In this document: in pieces, positions 19,553 to 24,000 of the stretch
Layout of the letters: every line of letters starts with the position of its first letter
Position numbering within the stretch: position 1 is the first letter of the stretch
DNA from: an uncultured Alphaproteobacteria bacterium
GTDB taxonomy: Bacteria > Pseudomonadota > Alphaproteobacteria > Rhizobiales > Xanthobacteraceae
Reading direction: 5' to 3'
DNA length: 24,000 nucleotides
Assembly: GCA_963721005.1 (NCBI GenBank)
Contig: CAVRHR010000007.1
Location: forward strand, 569,925-593,924
Notes under the pieces: generated by a model
The model's input: the letters and a program-made list of their open reading frames with translations, nothing else
What the model was told of the DNA's origin: nothing
The model's database searches: none
Translations under genes and position numbers: made by a program

Positions 19553-20146
19553 ATGACCGCGTCGGCTGAATTCGACCTGCTGACCATCGGCCACTCCAAC
19601 TTGCCGGCCGACGGGCTCATGACGCTGGTGCAGGGCGCCGGCATCACCGCGATCGCCGACGTGCGCTCGGTCCCGTTCTCGCGGCGCTTTCCGTGGTTCT
19701 CCGGTCCCGCACTCGCCGTGTGCCTGCAAGGCGCCGACATCGCGTACCTGCCGTTCGGCGATGCCTTGGGCGGCCGGCCGCGCGATCCGGCGCTCTATCG
19801 CGAGGGCGTCGCCGACTACGAGAAGTTGGCGGCGACGCCGCAGTTTGGCGCCGGGCTCGATCGGATCGTCGCGGCGACGGGGCGCTTTCGGGTGTGCCTC
19901 ATGTGCGCCGAGCGCGAGCCGCTCGATTGCCATCGTTGCCTGTTGGTGGCACGCGCACTCGCGGAGCGTGGGCTGACGCTCGGGCATGTCCTGGTCGACG
20001 GCACGATCGAGCCCCACGTCGCCACCGAGGGGCGGCTGCTGGGACGCGCGGGCGCAACTGACGATCTGTTCGGCGGCCGCGCCGTCCGGCTGGCCCAGGC
20101 CTATCGGGCGCGCGCCCTCAAGGTGGCGGCGCGGCTCAAGCCTTGA
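19553..20146 (+). CDS. DUF488 domain-containing protein
   Basis: The 197-aa ORF has motifs I associate with DUF488: LLTIGHSN, IADVRSVPFSRRFPWF and LMCAEREPLDCHRCLL. Confidence 0.75.
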   Translation: MTASAEFDLLTIGHSNLPADGLMTLVQGAGITAIADVRSVPFSRRFPWFSGPALAVCLQGADIAYLPFGDALGGRPRDPALYREGVADYEKLAATPQFGAGLDRIVAATGRFRVCLMCAEREPLDCHRCLLVARALAERGLTLGHVLVDGTIEPHVATEGRLLGRAGATDDLFGGRAVRLAQAYRARALKVAARLKP

Positions 20147-20223
20147 CCGCGCGGGCGGAATTTAATTCGACACTGCGTCGGCCCGGCGTAAGCTTGGTTG
20201 GGGGCGCCCCAACCTCGATTCGG

Positions 20224-21207
20224 ATGCGCAACATGACGTCAGGGATTGCAGCGCGGCGGCGGCGGTACATGGGCGCCGCCCGAATGATCGCACCGCTCGC
20301 ATGCGCCCTCCTCGCCGGTCAGCTCGCGGCCATCCATGGGGCGGGCGCGCAGGACCTCGGCACCCTCGAGCCCAAGCCGCTGCCGCCGCTCGCCAAGCCC
20401 GACGACCCCAACAATCCGGCCAAGGAATTGTTCGGCCGCAAGACCGCGCCCGCGAAGCTCAAGCCGGAGGTGGTCGGATTCTATGCCAAGGGCTGCCTCG
20501 CGGGCGCGCAGGCGCTGCCGATCAATGGTCCCACCTGGCAGGTGATGCGGCTCTCGCGCAACCGCAACTGGGGGCATCCGACCCTGGTGCAGTTCATCGA
20601 GCGGCTGTCCCAGAAAGGCGCCAAGGCGGGCTGGCGCGGGCTCCTGGTCGGCGACATGTCGCAGCCGCGCGGCGGCCCGATGATCACCGGCCATGCCAGT
20701 CATCAGATCGGGCTCGATGCCGACATCTGGCTGCGCCCGATGCCAGACCGCGAACTCACTCGCCAGGAGCGCGAGGAAATGTCGGCCACCATGGTGGTGG
20801 CGGACAGCCGCAAGGACGTCGATCCCAAGGTGTGGACGCCGGCGCATTTCGCCATCATCAAGGTCGCCGCCGAGGATCCGCTGGTCGAGCGCGTGTTCGT
20901 CAACGCGGCCATCAAGAAGACGCTCTGCCAGGGCGCGGGCACCGACCGGGCCTGGCTGCAGAAGGTGCGGCCCTATTGGGAGCACGACTATCACTTCCAT
21001 GTCCGCATCAAATGTCCGGACGACAGCCCCACCTGCAAGCATCAGGACCCGGTGCCCGCCGGCGACGGCTGCGGCAAGGATCTGGACTGGTGGTTCACCG
21101 ATGCGGTGCTGCATCCCAAGCCCTCGACCGAGCCCGAGAAGCCGCGCCCCTACACCAAGATGGCCGACCTGCCGCCATCTTGCCGGCAGGTGCTGGACGC
21201 GCCGTGA
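20224..21207 (+). CDS. mepA: Penicillin-insensitive murein DD-endopeptidase MepA
   Basis: Signal peptide (MIAPLACALLAGQLAAIHGAGAQ). Catalytic motifs GHASHQIGLDADIW and HDYHFHVRIKCP match MepA. The start is uncertain: ATG at 20224, 20233 or 20269, and the ORF is open from 20143. Confidence 0.85.
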   Translation: MRNMTSGIAARRRRYMGAARMIAPLACALLAGQLAAIHGAGAQDLGTLEPKPLPPLAKPDDPNNPAKELFGRKTAPAKLKPEVVGFYAKGCLAGAQALPINGPTWQVMRLSRNRNWGHPTLVQFIERLSQKGAKAGWRGLLVGDMSQPRGGPMITGHASHQIGLDADIWLRPMPDRELTRQEREEMSATMVVADSRKDVDPKVWTPAHFAIIKVAAEDPLVERVFVNAAIKKTLCQGAGTDRAWLQKVRPYWEHDYHFHVRIKCPDDSPTCKHQDPVPAGDGCGKDLDWWFTDAVLHPKPSTEPEKPRPYTKMADLPPSCRQVLDAP

Positions 21208-21210
21208 GGA

Positions 21211-21756
21211 TCATGTCGGCGGGCTGAAGAGTGGCGCTTCGATCAAGGCGAGCCCGACCGTGACCAGGAGCCCGCAACCCGCCACCACGGCGGCAAATGG
21301 CAGTGCCTTCTCGGCCGGCACCCGCATCAGAACCGGCAGCCCGGCCCAGAGCAGATAAGCGCCGTGCAGCCCGAGGATGACCAGAAAGCTCAATCCCGGG
21401 ACCAGGAGGAAGACCCCCGCGATCCACACCGGCGTGGCGGAATAGACCGCGAGCTTGAGGGCGGCGGGGAAATCTCTCTGACCGCCGAAGCGCGGCGCCA
21501 GCACATCGATGATCAGCGCGAGCCCATACGTGATGGCGAGGCCGGCCAGATAGGTGACCAGCGCGCCGGCGAGGCTGGAGAGGACCGGCGCATACCAGCC
21601 GACCAGGGATGCACCGATGAAGCGCGCCAGGGCCGGAATCAAGGCGAGGATCGCGGCATAGCGGAGAAACAGCGTCGATGCTTCGCTCTTCTCCCGTGCG
21701 ATCACCGGCCATTCGAGCGACGGCGCCAGCAGGATCGATCTGATGCGGTTGAGCAT
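21211..21756 (-). CDS. Yip1/DUF1282-family integral membrane protein
   Basis: The start is placed at MLNRIRSILLAPSLEWPVIA. The 182-aa product has about five hydrophobic segments in the usual Yip1-domain layout. Upstream in-frame residues are encoded by a REP element and were excluded. Confidence 0.6.
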   Translation of the reverse strand: MLNRIRSILLAPSLEWPVIAREKSEASTLFLRYAAILALIPALARFIGASLVGWYAPVLSSLAGALVTYLAGLAITYGLALIIDVLAPRFGGQRDFPAALKLAVYSATPVWIAGVFLLVPGLSFLVILGLHGAYLLWAGLPVLMRVPAEKALPFAAVVAGCGLLVTVGLALIEAPLFSPPT

Positions 21757-21820
21757 TCGCGATTCCCCCGCCGCACCTTCGCGCATGTGCGAGCAGCGAT
21801 CAACCTGATGCGCTGGGCCG

Positions 21821-21906
21821 GTCGTCCCGGCCGTAGAGCCGGGACCCATACGCCCCAGCCGATCGAGGGGGCACGGCGTATGGGTTCCTGCTTTCGCAGG
21901 AACGAC
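21821..21906. repeat. Inverted pair of REP-like stem-loop elements
   Basis: Copy 1 is gtcgt-cccggc-cgtagag-ccggga-cccatacgcc at 21821-21854. The reverse complement of copy 2 (21875-21906) is gtcgt-tcctgc-gaaa-gcagga-acccatacgcc. The flanks are conserved and the stems differ by paired changes. Confidence 0.65.
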
Positions 21907-22201
21907 TCGCCGAAGGCCCGTTCAACCACAACGAGGCGGGCTTTTGCTCTAAATCCTCGCTTTGGCATCGATGCATTTCCGGCCGCAAGACCCGACTCCC
22001 CTTTTGCCGAGAATGCTTTATTGTAGCAGTTGCGACCCGCGGCGCGTCGTAAGCGCGTCCTGCCGGCCCGGAACGGTGCTTCCGGAGCGGTCGCTTCACG
22101 AAAACCGAACGCGTCGACGGCTTGCGCTGATACGGTCCAGGCGCCATTCAGTCCCGGCGCCATGGCTCGCCTATCCCTGGACCAAGCCCAACGGGTGCCG
22201 G

Positions 22202-22896
22202 TTGCTTGACCTTTCTCCCGATGAATGGATCGCGATCCTGCTGTCGCTGCGGATCGCCATCGTGGCGACCCTGGCGGCGCTGCCGTTCGGCATCGCCATG
22301 GCATGGCTGCTGGCGCGCAAATCGTTCTGGGGCAAGACCCTCTGGATGGCCTGGTGCATCTGCCGCTGGTGCTGCCGCCGGTGGTGACCGGCTATCTGCT
22401 GCTGATCTCGTTCGGCCGGCGCGGCCCGATCGGCATGTTCCTGGCAGAGCAGCTCGGCATCGTGTTCTCGTTCCGCTGGACCGGGGCGGCGCTGGCCTGC
22501 GGCATCATGGGGTTTCCGCTCATGGTGCGGCCGATCCGGCTCGCGATCGAAGCCATCGACACCCGCCTGGAGGAGGCCGCCGCGACGCTCGGCGCCAACC
22601 GCATCTGGGTGTTCTTGACCGTGACGCTGCCGCTGGCGCTGCCGGGCCTCATCGCCGGCGTCGTGCTCTGCTTCGCCAAGGCGCTGGGCGAGTTCGGCGC
22701 CACCATCACCTTCGTGGCCAACATTCCGGGCGAGACCCAGACCATCTCGGCCGCCATCTACACCTTCACCCAGGTGCCCAACGGCGATGCGGCAGCCGGG
22801 CGCCTGGTGCTGGTGGCGATCGCGATCTCGCTCGCCGCGCTGGTCGCGGCCGAATGGTTGTCGCGGCGCGCCGGCATGCGCTTCCACGGGGAATAG
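22202..22896 (+). pseudogene. modB: Molybdate ABC transporter permease ModB, one frame break as given
   Basis: A TTG start gives LDLSPDEWIAILLSLRIAIVATLAALPFGIAMAWLLARKSFWGKTL. After a -1 shift near 22342 it continues LDGLVHLPLVLPPVVTGYLLLISFGRRGPIG...[21 protein letters not shown]. This is collinear with E. coli ModB as I recall it. The 695-nt span equals 232 codons minus 1 nt. Confidence 0.85.
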
Positions 22897-22898
22897 CG

Positions 22899-23589
22899 AT
22901 GCTCGCGCTCGACATCGAGAAACGGCTGGGCGATTTCTTCCTGCGCGCGCGCTTTACCAGACCGGCGGCGGCATCACCGCCGTGTTCGGCCCCTCGGGCG
23001 CCGGCAAGACCACACTGGTCAACATGATCTCCGGACTGCTGGCGCCCGACCGCGGCCGCATCGCGATCGAGGAGACGGTGCTGTTCGATTCCGCGGCCCG
23101 CATCAACCTGCCGCCGCATCGCCGCCGCATCGGCTATGTGTTTCAGGAGGGCCGGCTGTTTCCCGCATCTGGGCGTCGATGCACAATCTCGACTATGGGC
23201 GGCGGATGTGCGGCCTGCCGCCCGACGCGGCGCAGCTTGCGCGCATCGTCGGCCTGCTCGACATCGGCGGCCTGCTCGAGCGGCGGCCCGGCAAGCTTTC
23301 GGGCGGCGAGCGCCAGCGCATCGCCATCGGCCGCGCCTTGCTGATGCGCCCGCGCCTCCTCCTGCTCGACGAGCCGCTCGCCTCCCTCGACGTCGCCCGC
23401 AAGCGCGAAATCCTGCCCTATCTCGAACGCCTGCGCGACGAGGTCGGGGTGCCCATGGTCTATGTCAGCCATCAGGCCGCCGAGCTGCGCCGGATCGCCA
23501 CCTCGGTGGTGCTGCTCAAGGCCGGACAGGTCGAGGCTTCCGGCGGCAAGGAGCTGCTTGATGCCGCGGAAGCGGACACCGTGTTGTAG
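22899..23589 (+). pseudogene. modC: Molybdate ABC transporter ATP-binding protein ModC (short form without a TOBE/Mop domain), three frame breaks as given
   Basis: The ATG lies 2 nt after the modB stop. Walker [12 protein letters not shown]-loop [12 protein letters not shown], signature [15 protein letters not shown], Walker B LLLLDEPLASLD. Shifts lie near 22955 (-1), 23157 (+1) and 23177 (+1). The 691-nt span equals 230 codons plus 1 nt. Confidence 0.85.
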
Positions 23590-23590
23590 C

Positions 23591-24000
23591 TCAGCGATCG
23601 TGGAACGGATCGAGACGGCGCACCAGCCGCTTGAGCCGATCCCGCAGACGCGGTGCCGTCGGCGGCGCCTCTTCCTCCGGCAACCGCAGCCCGACCGCAG
23701 TGACGTGCTCGTGCTCGACCCCGCGCACCACCAGCACGATGGTGTCGAGCGGCACGGTGTCGCCGGGCCGCGGCACGTGCCCGAGCTCCCGGCCGAGATG
23801 AGCCGCCAGCGTGGTGGCGGCGTCCTCCGGCGCGACCGCGAGGCCGTAGATTTCCGCTAGCGCCCCCAGCGTCACCTCGGCGGAGACGAAGAAATCGCCG
23901 AGCAGATGCGGATCGGGCGCGATCGGCGGCGGCATGTCGACGAAGAAGCGATCGAGCGCCTGCGCCTTCTCGGGCGGCGCCAGCAGATAGAGATAGTCGC
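23591..24000 (-). CDS. Potassium/proton antiporter (CPA1, NhaP2/CvrA-like), C-terminal regulatory region only; the 5' part is outside the window
   Basis: The frame is open to the window edge. The segment ...RFFVDMPPPIAPDPHLLGDFFVSAEVTLGALAEIYGL...GDTVPLDTIVLVVRGVEHEHVTAVGLRLPEEE is collinear with the C-terminus of E. coli CvrA as I recall it. Confidence 0.75.
   Translation of the reverse strand, partial: DYLYLLAPPEKAQALDRFFVDMPPPIAPDPHLLGDFFVSAEVTLGALAEIYGLAVAPEDAATTLAAHLGRELGHVPRPGDTVPLDTIVLVVRGVEHEHVTAVGLRLPEEEAPPTAPRLRDRLKRLVRRLDPFHDR

Noticed and set aside
21907-22201. Degraded modA remnant or Moco riboswitch in front of modB
   Set aside because: Translating the plus-strand frames and inspecting the minus-strand ORFs gave nothing resembling a periplasmic molybdate-binding protein. 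I could not recognise the conserved Moco-motif elements by eye. This rejection has low confidence and needs profile or covariance-model searches.

Overview
This is a very GC-rich chromosomal window from an alphaproteobacterium. Synteny and protein features suggest Rhizobiales, Bradyrhizobiaceae-like, but that is inference. The content is core housekeeping and regulatory genes, not an accessory island. The centre is the well-known alphaproteobacterial locus pckA / chvI-chvG-hprK-EIIA(Man)-HPr / ahcY. Its flanks carry a GT39 (ArnT/PMT-like) membrane glycosyltransferase, a class II glutamine amidotransferase, lepA, two RidA paralogues (one with a Tat-type signal), DUF488, mepA, a Yip1-family membrane protein, modBC, and partial ion transporters at both window edges. 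I found no rRNA, tRNA, CRISPR array, IS/transposase, phage or defence genes, and no convincing novel multi-gene system. The main anomaly is about 35 single-base frame disruptions spread over 11 otherwise well-conserved genes. They are clustered at about 5.2-6.8 kb, 9.7-16.9 kb and 22.3-23.2 kb, and roughly 25 behave as +1 and 10 as -1. Neighbouring genes such as chvI, lepA and mepA are intact. The insertion bias, the lack of in-frame stops and the lack of larger deletions make consensus or assembly indel error more likely than real gene decay, but the sequence alone cannot decide this. Secondary observations are two families of REP-like palindromic intergenic elements whose stems differ by paired (compensatory) changes, modBC with no adjacent modA, and several small repeat or palindrome motifs in promoter regions. 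The many long ORFs antisense to real genes are GC-driven artefacts.
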